Assembly: GCA_002633005.1 (NCBI GenBank)
Contig: NMRA01000202.1
Coordinates: forward strand, 455,667-519,666
Length of the DNA stretch: 64,000 nt
Reading direction: 5' to 3'
DNA from: Phoronis australis
Lineage: Eukaryota > Animalia > Phoronida
A program made the translations under genes and the position numbers. The notes under the pieces were generated by a model that saw nothing but the letters and a program-made list of their open reading frames with translations, was not told where the DNA came from and did no database searches. Positions within the stretch are counted from its first letter, which is position 1; the number at the start of each line of letters is the position of its first letter. Of the stretch, positions 24,300 through 35,400 are shown piece after piece.

Positions 24300-27200
24300 C
24301 TGAAACAATAAAAGGAATAAACATCACTAGACCTTCAACAACAACAACAACAAGGGCAATTCAAACCATTCAAATGCATTCATGTGCTGAAAGAATGAGT
24401 ACTCATGTACTGTGATGTGAAGTAAGCATTCGGTTACACAATTCTGTTCAGTTCTGTCTGATTTTTGTACATGAGGATGATAGCAGCCAAATATCAAAAA
24501 ATTGCTTTCACGCTGCACTCTTTCGCAGTATTAGTTTATCCTTCTTGCTTCAAATTTGTCCTAAACCTAATATTAATAATAAATAAGAATAATTGTGTTA
24601 TAATAAGTAATTTAAGAACAATGGCAGTAGTGCACATCATCCTTACCTATAACTACAGCACCATAACCAACTTGGGAAGGAAATCCCATACGATAACTGC
24701 ATGATGGTACAGCAAGTTGGATACGATACTTCATATCAAGGACCCTGAATCTGTATGAGATAGCCGTAGACGGAAGCAGGATGTTAAACTTTGTCCGTTC
24801 ACTATCAGTAATGTTGATGAGGTATGGCTGCAAAGTAGACAAATTTTTCAAAAGGTTATGTTAGGAAGACCTTCATCAAATCAATGCACCCGATGTAAAC
24901 TTTGCACCCACGCTTGTGACAGTATAATGATAAACTTGAAATTCACTGCAGCAGCACATGTTTGCATTCAGGTACTAAATAAATTTACATTGCACCGTAA
25001 TCACGTGAAGGCACCCATGCCAATTTTAAAAGTGTTTTTCAATCTCTCAATCTATTCAGGAGTTATAAAGAGTGACCTTTCTTTATTGACAGTGCCTGGT
25101 GAACATGGAGTCTCCTATTGCCCAGTCATTTTCCTCACAGAAACCTATTTGCAAGATTTCATGAAAATTTGTCCAGGAACTCTAATGAAAATACCAAAGG
25201 CAAATGTAAAAATACCCATTGTGAAGCACAGTAGAAGTTGGATCTATCCAAAAGAAGTAGGCATCTGTTGCTATGTTCATAGGAATGTCCTTGTCATATT
25301 TCGCAAAGATCTTACAGAGGTTTAGAAGATACAGCTGCGAATGCAAAAATACCACTAGGGGATGCAAAAGTAGGCGGACACATCCAAAAATTGAAGTCAG
25401 TCAGGCTGTCGACAGGAGGAAAATATCTGCCAACTTTCTAAACGAACTGTAACCGCAGCATTGCATCTGACAACATACATGATAAAACTTTTTAAAACAC
25501 CTTTTTAGAAAAATGGGACCCTGATTTTTGCACGTAAGGAAGACATGTTTACATTCTAATGAATATCAGATGATCCATCACTAACCTTGTGGTAATGACC
25601 AACAATGAAGAAATGAGGTCTGAAGACATCCGTAATCTAAAAAATACAAGGGTTATCTGGTTAAAATATGCTTCATCACTCACAGTTTTATAACCTATGT
25701 CTAAGTATACAATGTTGATGATAAAGAAACCAAAAAGTATTTATCAAAGCCACGGCTGTCAGTGCCAAATTTCAATCAAGACTGCACACCTTTTCCTATC
25801 CATTAAAGCCATAGGCTGTGCCACATTTCAAGAAGGGCTATATGCCCTTTCATGTGTCTAAAATTTTGAAACTGAACAGAAAAGTAAGTATGAGAAGGTT
25901 TAACTGGCCAAAAATACTGCCTGAAAGCTCCTCCCTAGACAGAGAACCATCTCACTTTGAAAACCTTCACATCAGTCTGAAATACATTTTAGACGTATTT
26001 TGCAAATTAGAATTCCTAAGTTTATACAATAAAAACTACTAAAATACAACATCCTTCAAAGAAACTAACTTGCTTTACATCACTTAGCCACAGCTGGACT
26101 CAACTTGTTCCTTACTCAGTCGAGAAATGGTTTCCATGTTTGCAAAGGACTGGCTGTTTGCTAATGCTCGAGAGAATGCTTATGGCAACTTGAGCTCAGA
26201 AATCACCTCTAATTTGAGTAAGGAATACGCCAAAACCTATTTCGTAAGTCAGTGGTCACATTGAAATACATTTTGACAAAAAGGAAGTTTACAGAAACAT
26301 TAAACCATGGATTGAATGAAGACATAACTACCACAAGCACTCACGTGTTGCAAATCAGCCTGGAATCTTTCCAGTACACCATGGTGGTTGACGATGACAC
26401 GAATTGGTGCCGACAACAATTGACTGTCATGATGGAAGCGAGCCAGATCTTTCTCTGATATTGCATCCGAAATATCAAGATTGAGCTACAGACAAAGAAA
26501 GGCAAGACTGAGCAGACTTTGGAGTACAAATTGCAAATGGTCTAAAATTGAACAGTGGGAGTAGAGTTATTGAAATGGGTGTAACATTTCAGTGAAGTGG
26601 GTCTGCTTTGGTAAATATATACAAAGCATCCAGAGAAAAATGTCCAAATTTTGTCTACTTCGGAACACCGCCATCTCAGAAACGGCTCTGGGATTCAAAT
26701 ATAAAACTTCCAGATACTGCGCCTTATGAACAGCTCTACAAAACATCGACAGAAATTATTTTTAAACGTTCTACTTTTACATGAGGGGTTATCAACAAAG
26801 GACTTTTGAGACTTTTATAAAAAAAGCTCAAATTTTCCACGAAATGAAAATCAAATGATAATTTAAAAAAATGTAACAGCGTTGTTGAGAATTGATATTG
26901 AACATTTAAATCAAAAGAAATTTGGTTATGTTATTGACATCATATTGTTGCCATGGCTGAACTTTTACTTTTGCTAAACTTTACTAGAAAGACAGTCACG
27001 TAACTCAATTAATGTCAGATTAGTATAAACAGGGCTCGGAATCACCCATGAGAAAAAGACGAAAATTTTCCAGGTGATGTATTGTTCTACAAGTAGGCTC
27101 ATGTGATAGAAATATTTTTGAAGTGTAAAATTTAAATGCAAGAAACGTTTTTTTGCATTAATAAAGTCAAATTAATGATAAAAAAGGGATGAAGAAAGAG

Positions 27201-30200
27201 GAAACTGGAATTCAAATAAGAGGAAACTGAAACCAAAAAAGAGGAAATGTTCTTAAAAGAGAAAAATTCTAAGCCCTGTATAATGTCAAACTCAAATTCT
27301 ACAAGTTTTCTAATTTCAGCAGATGCTGTTACTGAGTCAAAATAAGTACTTTGACTATATTCTAGTTGATAAGGTCCTACATAACTGCTAGAAAGTTGTA
27401 CAACCTCACAGTCATTGAACCCTATTTGAAAAGCAGAAGTGGAACTGGAAAGAGCAGAGATAATAAATTATTTTAAAGCCTGTTATTTTGTGTCGTTAAG
27501 AATTGGACTTACATAAGAATTAATACAAATTGCAATACTTGCCTTAATGAAGTCTACAAACTTCACTCGGTTCACTGAAGATCCAGGCTGGAAAAACTTT
27601 TCAAAGCGCCTACTCAACCACTCAGCCTTTTGAATACCTTCGCCACCAATGTCATTGTCACCTGGCAGGTAAAGTCCCTGTAATTCAACAGTTATTCTTG
27701 TTTCAGTACAATCAGTACAACCACTACAAGTAGACAAACACATAAAATCTTGACGGTGCTGTGTTCAAGTCCATGTAATTCAACAGTTATTCTTGTTTCA
27801 GTACAATCAGTACAACCACTACACGTAGACAAACACATAAAATCTTGATGGTGTTGTGTTCAAGTCCATGTAATTCAACAGTTATTCTTATTTCAGTACA
27901 ACCACTACACATAAACACACAAACACATAAAATCTTGACGGTGTTGTGTTCAAGTCCATGTAATTGGGAAAGCTAACTCAACATGCCAAGAAACCAAAAA
28001 TAGAATTTTCCACCACAGCAATACTTTTCACTTCATAGATGGCATTGCACAGGGATCTAACATTCATTTATTAGGTAATAAGTTGACAAACAATTATTCT
28101 CAATAATTTCTCATGAGTTTCAGCAGCTCAAGGTGCACTGGGATAACTGAGTGTGAGTGTAGAACCAACCTGCAGTGTTTTAGGGTCTTATCACAAGGCT
28201 TGGTCTGGGTGTATGAGTATTGCTTAGAAGTCCTGCAATCTGCAGTGTTTTAGGGTCTTATCGTAGGGTTTGGTCTGAGCGTGTGAGTATTGCTTAGAAG
28301 TGTGGCCTGCAGTGTTTTAGGGTCTTATCGTAGGGTTTGGTCTGGGTGTGTGAGTATTGCTTAGAAGTGTGGCCTGCAGTATTTTAGGGTCTTATCGTTG
28401 GGTTTGGTCTGAGTGTGTGAGTACTTCATAGAAGTCCAACCTGCAGTGTTTTAGGGTCTTATTGCAGGGTTTGGTGTAGGAGCACAAATACTGCTTAGAA
28501 GTCAGCCTGCAGTGTTTTACATTGTATGTTCTTATAGCAGGGTTTGGTCCTAGTGTGTGAGTATTTCATAGAAGTCCAGACTGCAGTGTTTTAGGGACAT
28601 AACGCAGGGTTTGGTCTGGGTGTGACAGTATTGCTTGAAAGTCCAGCATGCAGTGTCTTAGAGTCTTATCACTGAGTTTGATCTCTATCTGTAGTGTTTA
28701 TGAATTTAGGTGTAAAGCAGGAGTACGAGTTCATTCCAAAAATCAAACAAAGAAGACCAAAAATTCTTTGTGAAAGAAACTGATGGTCAGGAATGAACGT
28801 ACAAAGTGTCGTAATATTCATACTCCTAAGTATTCAATATATGAATTATACACTACAGCCAACGACTTAAGACTTCATCATCTTCAAAAGGAAAAATGAC
28901 AGCCACAAGTGAAATGTGAGCAAAACAGACAATAGCTGTATATGCTGTATGCCTCATGGATGTTTCCAGTCACTTGTAATCTGGAAATTTGCCAGTGCCC
29001 ACCTGAACTCACCAGCGTTTGCTTCGGCAACTTGAAAATAGCATTGAATCTTTGGTGGGCTGTCTGATATTCTTGTTCGGAACAATGATCCCCCTCGTCT
29101 AGTATGTCTCCCAGGAAAATGACTACGTCTGGTCTGACATAACTAAAGGCTGACCAGAAACCTTTGTAGAGGTACCTGGATATTGAGAACAAAAACGAAT
29201 TTAAACCCATGGACTCGTGATAGAAACCTTGTGATCAGATAGTTGTAGTAGCAAGTGACACAAGATTTACTAGGATTTGCTTATGAAGAAAGGTCTTTCA
29301 CTCATCTGAACAGACTGTGACCAGAAAGTTGTTCTCCAGCAACACACGTTTGTGGCAGAATGACCCCCAGTGACTACCATTGTTTCATTAGCACAACCTC
29401 AGGAATGTTTTGGACATTAAATAAATTAAGTACAACAAAAACAATACCAAAATATTCGTAGTCACCGCACTAGTTGCAAAACGCATCTTCAGGTAGACTA
29501 AGCCCAGAATTTACCTTCAGCAATATGCAGTTCTGCATTCTTAGAACACTTGCCAATGCAATATTGATGGCTACATAAGATACATTTGGCAGATTAGTTA
29601 TTTTTTCATTCCTGACTAACAAAACACGGCTATATTGATGGCGAATTACACTTTCGAAACATGTCAGAAGATCACCCTTTTATTGATTAGCATGTCAATT
29701 ATTAACACACATCACGACTCAATCAGTAAATATTGTATATACTAGCGTGCATCACCACGACACAGTGTACAGGGAAAGGATATTCTGCACCAACAGCCAG
29801 TCTCTGATGTAGCGTCGCCATGATATTGAAGGTGGTCATGGGTTATTTTGAGATCTAACATTCAGTCATCTACAGGTCGTAAGTAACGAGGTGGGACTTT
29901 TTTTAAAATTCTTTGCCATCGTCATGTAGAAGTTGTGTGGTAGGATGTTCAGATGATTTCCATAATGGAAGTCATTGCAGAATGCCAACAAACAACAGAA
30001 CACGCATTTCATCTTTGTTACCTCCGGCCTTGTTGTCACCTGGAACTAGAAACTGGCTCAATGAGAAGTGCCTATCACAATGCTATGAAGTTGTTTATGT
30101 CAGATATTTGCCATTACCTATCACTGTCCCATATTGCCAACCATCGGTATAGTAGGTGGTCTCCATGGTAACCCAGTAACTGGGGATCGGCCGCTAAAAG

Positions 30201-30930
30201 CACACGCAGCTGATCAGAATGTCTGAAAAGAGGCCAATTCATAGTGAAACTGATGTTTATGCATCTTTCTGATGTTCTTAAAGTGGGCTGACATTTTTGC
30301 AAAGGCCAAGAAGAGTTCAACTAATAAGACGGGTGGACAATAAAAATGCTGACATACGATACCGTAGATTTGTGTGCTTAAGGGGGAGAGAGTGGGTTCT
30401 CAAAGTTGGGAGATTACGTGAGCAGTTACTGGCGGATCTAGCATGTAGTTAGGGGCACCCAACCTTGTGTCAGAGAAGAGGGTACCTATGACAGTTCCCA
30501 AGTACTTAATGAGTAAGACCTTTAATTAAAAGAAATTTAACCAATGCTATTCACCAATGTCTTTGTGCAATTTGGCTTTGGCGTGACTGATTGTTCATGA
30601 TAGTTACATTGCTCATCTGCTATTCAGTGTCCAAAGATTATGATATGTACAAGGCTTAAAATAACATAAATTTTGATATAATAGGTGATTACTACATCAT
30701 TGATTACTGAATGGCTTTCACGTCTGTGGTCAAAATAGAATTATCAAAACCTTTAATCAGACTCAGGGACTGGCAAACTTTTCTTACCTACTGGGAGGTG
30801 TAATGGTAGGCCACGTCAGAGGCTTTGTGTAATAAACAATGTATTCGTTGAATATCACTACACTGAATAGGCACATCCAAGCTACATGTCGAACAGTAAG
30901 TCCTCTGCATGCTCTCAGGACAGATTTCAT
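24160..30930 (-). CDS. MPPE1/Cdc1-like (calcineurin-like) membrane metallophosphoesterase, 8 coding exons, 352 aa
   Basis: Exons (minus): 30930-30788, 30222-30118, 29175-29013, 27677-27543, 26485-26345, 25636-25586, 24827-24647, 24299-24160 = 1059 nt with consistent phases. N-terminal TM (VIFNEYIVYY), motifs ADPQ, LGDILDEG, PGDNDIGGEG, INHH, GHYH and VPSCSYRMG, and a C-terminal TM followed by RKKLSWF*. Confidence 0.9.
24647..24827 (-). CDS. Metallophosphoesterase exon 7
   Basis: ctttgcag|PYLINITDS...QLAVPSCSYRMGFPSQVGYGAVVI; donor G|GTAAGG. Confidence 0.88.
25586..25636 (-). CDS. Metallophosphoesterase exon 6
   Basis: ttttttag|ITDVFRPHFFIVGHYHK|GTTAGT; GHxH metal-binding motif. Confidence 0.85.
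26345..26485 (-). CDS. Metallophosphoesterase exon 5
   Basis: tttgtctgtag|LNLDISDA...APIRVVINHHGVLERFQADLQH|GTGAGT. Confidence 0.85.
27030..27278. mobile_element. hAT-like MITE (CAGGGCT... TIRs), intronic
   Basis: CAGGGCTCGGAAT ... ATTCTAAGCCCTG; same family as 33446-33684 in opposite orientation. Confidence 0.7.
27543..27677 (-). CDS. Metallophosphoesterase exon 4 (GC donor)
   Basis: ttacag|GLYLPGDNDIGGEG...VKFVDFIK|GCAAGT; an alternative in-frame GT donor would end the exon at 27513. Confidence 0.85.
27679..27965. repeat. Minisatellite, ~95-bp unit x3
   Basis: TGTAATT(CAACAGTTATTCTT) recurs at 27679, 27774, 27869 and 27959. Confidence 0.92.
28170..28700. repeat. Minisatellite, ~67-bp unit x~8
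   Basis: CTGCAGTGTTTTAGGGTCTTATC... recurs at 28170, 28240, 28307, 28374, 28441, 28507, 28581 and 28648. Confidence 0.92.
29013..29175 (-). CDS. Metallophosphoesterase exon 3
   Basis: tccag|(R)YLYKGFWSAFSYVRPDVVIFLGDILDEG...KLPKQTL|GTGAGT. Confidence 0.92.
30118..30222 (-). CDS. Metallophosphoesterase exon 2
   Basis: cttttcag|HSDQLRVLLAADPQLLGYHGDHLLYRWLAIWDSD; donor AG|GTAATG. Confidence 0.9.
30788..30930 (-). CDS. Metallophosphoesterase coding exon 1
   Basis: MKSVLRACRGLTVRHVAWMCLFSVVIFNEYIVYYTKPLTWPTITPPS; donor AG|GTAAGA; 5' UTR acceptor at 30957. Confidence 0.85.
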
Positions 30931-32409
30931 CTGAGCACGGGCTCATATGACAGCAACTGGAAGGCAAAGTAGAACGAGGTTTCAGTAATCGAAAAATTAG
31001 TGCCCTGGTTACATGGCTGTACCTTACCAGCAGCCATTTTTAAATGTTAAGACAATTTACAAATTTCAGCTCACATGCCTCAGACCACTCATCCTGCCGG
31101 ATGTTGCCATGTTTAAACAAGTCAAGTATCATCATGAACATGCTATAATTAACGCACTTGCGTGCAGAAATGGAGAAGGAACATGCGTGAACAAATCTAT
31201 CATTTGATACTAAGTGCCTGTCTTCGACTTCAAAGTGCAATGTCCGTGACCTCTGTAAACATCAATTGCTGGTCTTTTGTTAGTGACGATGCAACATGTA
31301 TTCAGGGGAGACAATATCAACTCCATTCGAAAGCAAAATTTGTTCAGAAACTCCCTTTGCTGTTGATTACAGTGTTACCCACACTCAAAAATTCAAACAG
31401 GTCGTGTTTACAACCACTTTGAAAATTTAGACAGGGTGCAGCACGTAGCCAACACACAAAAATGATCCAAACTGAAAAATCAATTGTGTTGTGTGCTATT
31501 TAAGCAGGTCAGAGGCAAAATCAAACAGGTTATGGTGACCTGTAAAAACGAGTCGTGCAGAACACTGGATTAAATACTCAATATATTATAACCAAGAGAA
31601 ACCAATTCTAGAAAGTTGTTGCAATTCACACATATGTAACCTTGTGAACAGTGAACAGTTCATTGAAGAATCCTTCAAAAATGAATAGGCAATAAGTGCG
31701 CTGTATTTCAAAATTAGCATATGATCAGCAATCAAATTTGACAGCAATTAACAGAAGAAAAACATAGTCTAGCATCATTGAACTAGTATTGCTTTCTCAA
31801 GGAAGACTACAATCACAAATTATTAGTCAGATGTCGAAGGCGCTGTCATGGAAATGCTTTACTGATTTACTTTTTGATTGATAAAATACCTCTAAAAGAA
31901 TGTTTATGTATGGAAACAATTTAATACCTGTAAACTGTGAACAAACAGATTAAATACAAGTTGTCAAAACCGCAAAAATGTACCTTTCTTTTTTGTCCTT
32001 AAATGCAAATTACAGCTAGGTCACACATGGATAATTTCTGATTTCAGATGTGACGCACAGCCAAATAAGGTCTCTCTAAATTGCTTGCCAATGGGCAATC
32101 GCTTCTTAGTCGAACCATTTAGTTCAACTTGTGGTGTCATTTATTTGTATGCTTAGTGTCACAATCTGATGAGTCAAGAGAAAAATAAATGACCACTATC
32201 TTGTTTGAGTTACTCACTGTTTTACTTTCAAATAGCTGACTAAACACGGACGGAGTAAATTGGGCTGATAAATACGACTGAATTTAGGCCTACTAGTAAA
32301 GGATCTTGTAAGACTTTCCGCTGTTTTGTATGTTTTCACAACAAAAGTTATCACCAGCTTCCGGTTATAACCAAGTTACTCATGAGACCAACGCTGGCCC
32401 AAAGAACCG

Positions 32410-32562
32410 GGGTGAGTTCAGGAAGGCTAGGACCTACGCTAGGACCTAGCTAAAATCTAGTCAAAGTCATGTGTTCTAATTTAAAATATACAGCAATGTC
32501 TCACGTAATCTCACGAAGTCTTGCGTTTTAGTGAGGTCCTAGCGCTACTGAACGGGAGGCAG
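32410..32562. mobile_element. MITE family (GCTAGGACCT subterminal repeats)
   Basis: Reverse complement of 42580-42736; a third, interrupted copy lies at ~33376-33783. Confidence 0.7.
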
Positions 32563-32814
32563 TGTTGGTAGACCTACGAGTCGAGCGGGTACCAGCATTG
32601 GCCTGGTGATACAGAGTGCTTTGAGAAGAGAAAGTATACCGTGTTACTGTTAGCAGCTGTTAGTCAGTGACCACACCGTCTCTAGCTGGCCAGCCACAGA
32701 CGGTGGTCACTGTCTTAGCGGGTGTTAGGTAATTACATCGCACTGAACGCCGGGCGTAGGCGTACAATCAATCGAGGGGCTACGTGTTGCCTAAGGAGTA
32801 AGGGTAGTATTAGT

Positions 32815-32889
32815 CACAGGCGTCCTCAGCTTCTGATCGTCCCCAATATGTAGTGTATTGGGGACGATCAGAAGCTGAGGACGCCTGTG
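32815..32889. repeat. Perfect 34-bp inverted repeat with 7-nt loop
   Basis: CACAGGCGTCCTCAGCTTCTGATCGTCCCCAATA-tgtagtg-TATTGGGGACGATCAGAAGCTGAGGACGCCTGTG. Confidence 0.95.
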
Positions 32890-33445
32890 CCAGTGTGCCT
32901 GTGGTATTAAGTAAGGCTAAGCGGGTGTTAGCAGCCTTGGTGCAATGCTAACTGGTTGGTTAACGTCGGATACACTTACAGCCATACGGTACCTGTTCTA
33001 CACAAAGGCACTCTCATCAGCCGCTCGCCGTTATACTGCAATATACAGAGGCCGATTAAAGGTGCCTGTGATCTATGCAATCAGGAACAGGAAGTGGCTT
33101 ACTGCTGGACAGGTTCCCTGTGTGTGCTGCCCCCTCTTGGCGTGGGTGACAGCTCAGTGCCAGTGGCCGAGTTTACGTGACAGCAGTCGTAAACGGACGC
33201 TACGATTGTTAGTCAGTGTCAGTGGAGGAACGTGACAAATATGCTAATCGTTAATCAAGCTGATAAAAGCTAGAATTTCACTTGTCACTCATTGGCCGCA
33301 AAATTAACTTAAAATTTGTCTCACAGATGGCAGTCAAGTATTTCGATGACGTAATTCGCATTTTTTACTTACAAACAGGGTACACTTCAGTAACGCTGGA
33401 CCCGTACCTTTATAGGACCTCGAGTAAAAAGCAAGACTTCACGAG

Positions 33446-33684
33446 CAGGGCTTGGAATTTTAAGACGATTTCGTCTTTTTTTGGCTTCGATTATCCTCTT
33501 ATTTGATTTCCAGTTTCCTCTTTCTTCGTCTCTTTTTATTCTGACTTTATTCATGCAAAAATGTTTATTTCACTTAAATTTCACAACTCAAAAATATTTC
33601 CATTACACAAACCTTTTTATTTGTGGAACGACACATCACATGGAAAACCTTCCCCTTTTTTGTCATTAGCCATTCCAAGCTCTG
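33446..33684. mobile_element. hAT-like MITE nested in another MITE, 5-bp TSD
   Basis: CAGGGCTTGGAAT...ATTCCAAGCTCTG flanked by ACGAG/GCGAG; the uninterrupted host copy (~42625) has a single GCGAG. Confidence 0.8.
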
Positions 33685-34134
33685 GCGAGTTTACGTGAGA
33701 TGGCGTGTGATTTTAAGTGAGCACTTCAGTCATTTTGGCTACTACCTTTTTCTAGTCGCGAGACAGCTACTGAACTCAAACCGTATGAATGGAGTTTTTC
33801 GCGTTGAAAGATAAAGTTTTGTCCTATAGAACGGGAAAGTCAGTAAGTAAAAATGTATGGCCGGGTAGATACAACAGAAGAAAACATTAGCACGAGTGCT
33901 AATTACCGATAAAATACATGCGTAGAGAATTATTTATAAAGATGTAAAGAATATAATATAGAGAAAGAACATAAGAATTATGATAAAAATCATAGTCAAA
34001 ACCCTGATGATTGTCAATACAAAGCAAAAGACATGACATAACATCGGATAGTTCGACACTCACAGTCTTCTCTTAAACATGAGGGGGCTGGGGTTGGGGG
34101 GATATAGCCCCCACTTATTTCAGTGCTGATAGAA

Positions 34135-34515
34135 AAGTCGGGACCATGAATTCAATTTTTGTCAGGTCATTGCAACATTCAATTGATTCTGGCAATTTGT
34201 TCCACAGAGAGACATCTCGATATGTAAGAATTTTAGACCGTAATTAGATGAATGAAATCTCGTCGAGACAGATGTCCCCGGAAGTTATAGGAAGCAATCT
34301 TGAGCTGAGGACCTGAGCCTAAACTGTACATAGTGGACGGCTTAAAAGCATCTTAATGTAAACACATCATTCGATGAGCCAGTAATGGAACAGAGTTTGC
34401 CGGCTTGGTAGCAAAGCCGAATACAAAGACTGGTATTCATTTAACACAAACTTGAGGGCACGAAACTTAATCATTTCTATTTTTCTGCCTCGTAAAACAA
34501 GTGGACAGTAGGCCT
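34135..34515 (-). pseudogene. Decayed 3' end of a CR1/L2-type LINE ORF2
   Basis: Minus-strand fragments YCPLV and RSKILTYRDVSLWNKLPESIECCNDL resemble the post-RT C-terminus; frames are disrupted. Confidence 0.6.
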
Positions 34516-35154
34516 AATAACAAATCGAATACTTTACTGAGTAGTTGGAAACATAGAAGCCCCCTTGGAAGAAGCACTTACTTTCATTATAATTCTACGG
34601 CAGGAAGCTGGAATATTTGTTTGAAAGGGTGACGGTCTACTGTGACTTTGAAAGCCGTTTCATTGATTTCCTGAGACTTCTGTTGCAGGAAATTAACTAT
34701 TTCCTTCAAATGGTGATTGCTTCCTCATTGCGACTTGGGACAACGTGCGGCCGTCGCCGCGTGACCGTCCACTGAAGCCAAAAGAACTGCTTTGAGTTAC
34801 GCAATTTTGTCTGGATAATGGTGTTGTGCCTAATTCATTTACTAAATATCTAAGGTGTCACGTTTCTCCAGTGTAAGCCTACCACTTCTGTGAGTTTCAT
34901 TCTTCAATGTACAAACTGATCCTGTCGTAGTTGGACATTTTTTTTCATTCCATGTTGCTGAAATATTTTCCTTTAGATGAAGGTAAAAACAATTTTGTAG
35001 CGTCTGTGAAAGCGCGAATTTAAAACTTAGTGGTGCACAGTCATGACCAAATGGAGCATCTTAGACCTATATTAAAACTGTCTCCTGCTGAGCGATCAGG
35101 CTCAAAACCTGAAGTCAGTGACGTCAGTGGTTCGTATGCAGAGTGAATGCCGCT

Positions 35155-35400
35155 ATGTTGCGGTGCATCGTTCCCGCTTGTCCGAACTAAGCAGCTGCCA
35201 GGAAAGCGGGTATATCGTTTTTTTTTTTTTACTTCCTCGAGAGTCCGAAATGCTTAAGAAGTGGCTCGTGGTAGTGAAGAATGAAATGTACGTTGTAAAT
35301 AGCAAGTATGAGGCCGTGAAACATCTCCGTGTCTGTGGCCTGCAGACGTCGACAGTGCCTCACGAATGCCGGCTTACCAAATAACTCCATACGTTCCGTT
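35155..35400 (+). pseudogene. Degenerate THAP zinc-finger domain (DNA transposon relic)
   Basis: MLRCIVPACPN* / ...FFLLPRESEMLKKWLVVVKNE...HLRVCGL. A Kolobok-like end CTCCT|TTAA at 36661-36669 may be the element's boundary. Confidence 0.65.

Noticed and set aside
24327-24457. Alternative last exon DRTEQNCV...LLLLLLKV*
   Set aside because: Weak acceptor, and the Leu run is a (CAA)n microsatellite; the exon at 24299-24160 has a strong acceptor and a family-typical TM tail.
24858-25334. 155-aa plus-strand ORF and a possible minus-strand exon starting at 25334
   Set aside because: Intronic with no motif; exon 6 joins exon 7 in frame without it. A cryptic exon cannot be excluded without RNA data.
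28170-28700. CRISPR-like appearance of regularly spaced CTGCAGTGTTTTAGGG
   Set aside because: The intervening sequences are also repeated, so there are no unique spacers; no cas genes; eukaryotic intron.
30223-30320. ORF-track extension MNSSWPLQ... as the protein N-terminus
   Set aside because: Open intron sequence; the strong acceptor at 30223 and the upstream TM exon fit better.
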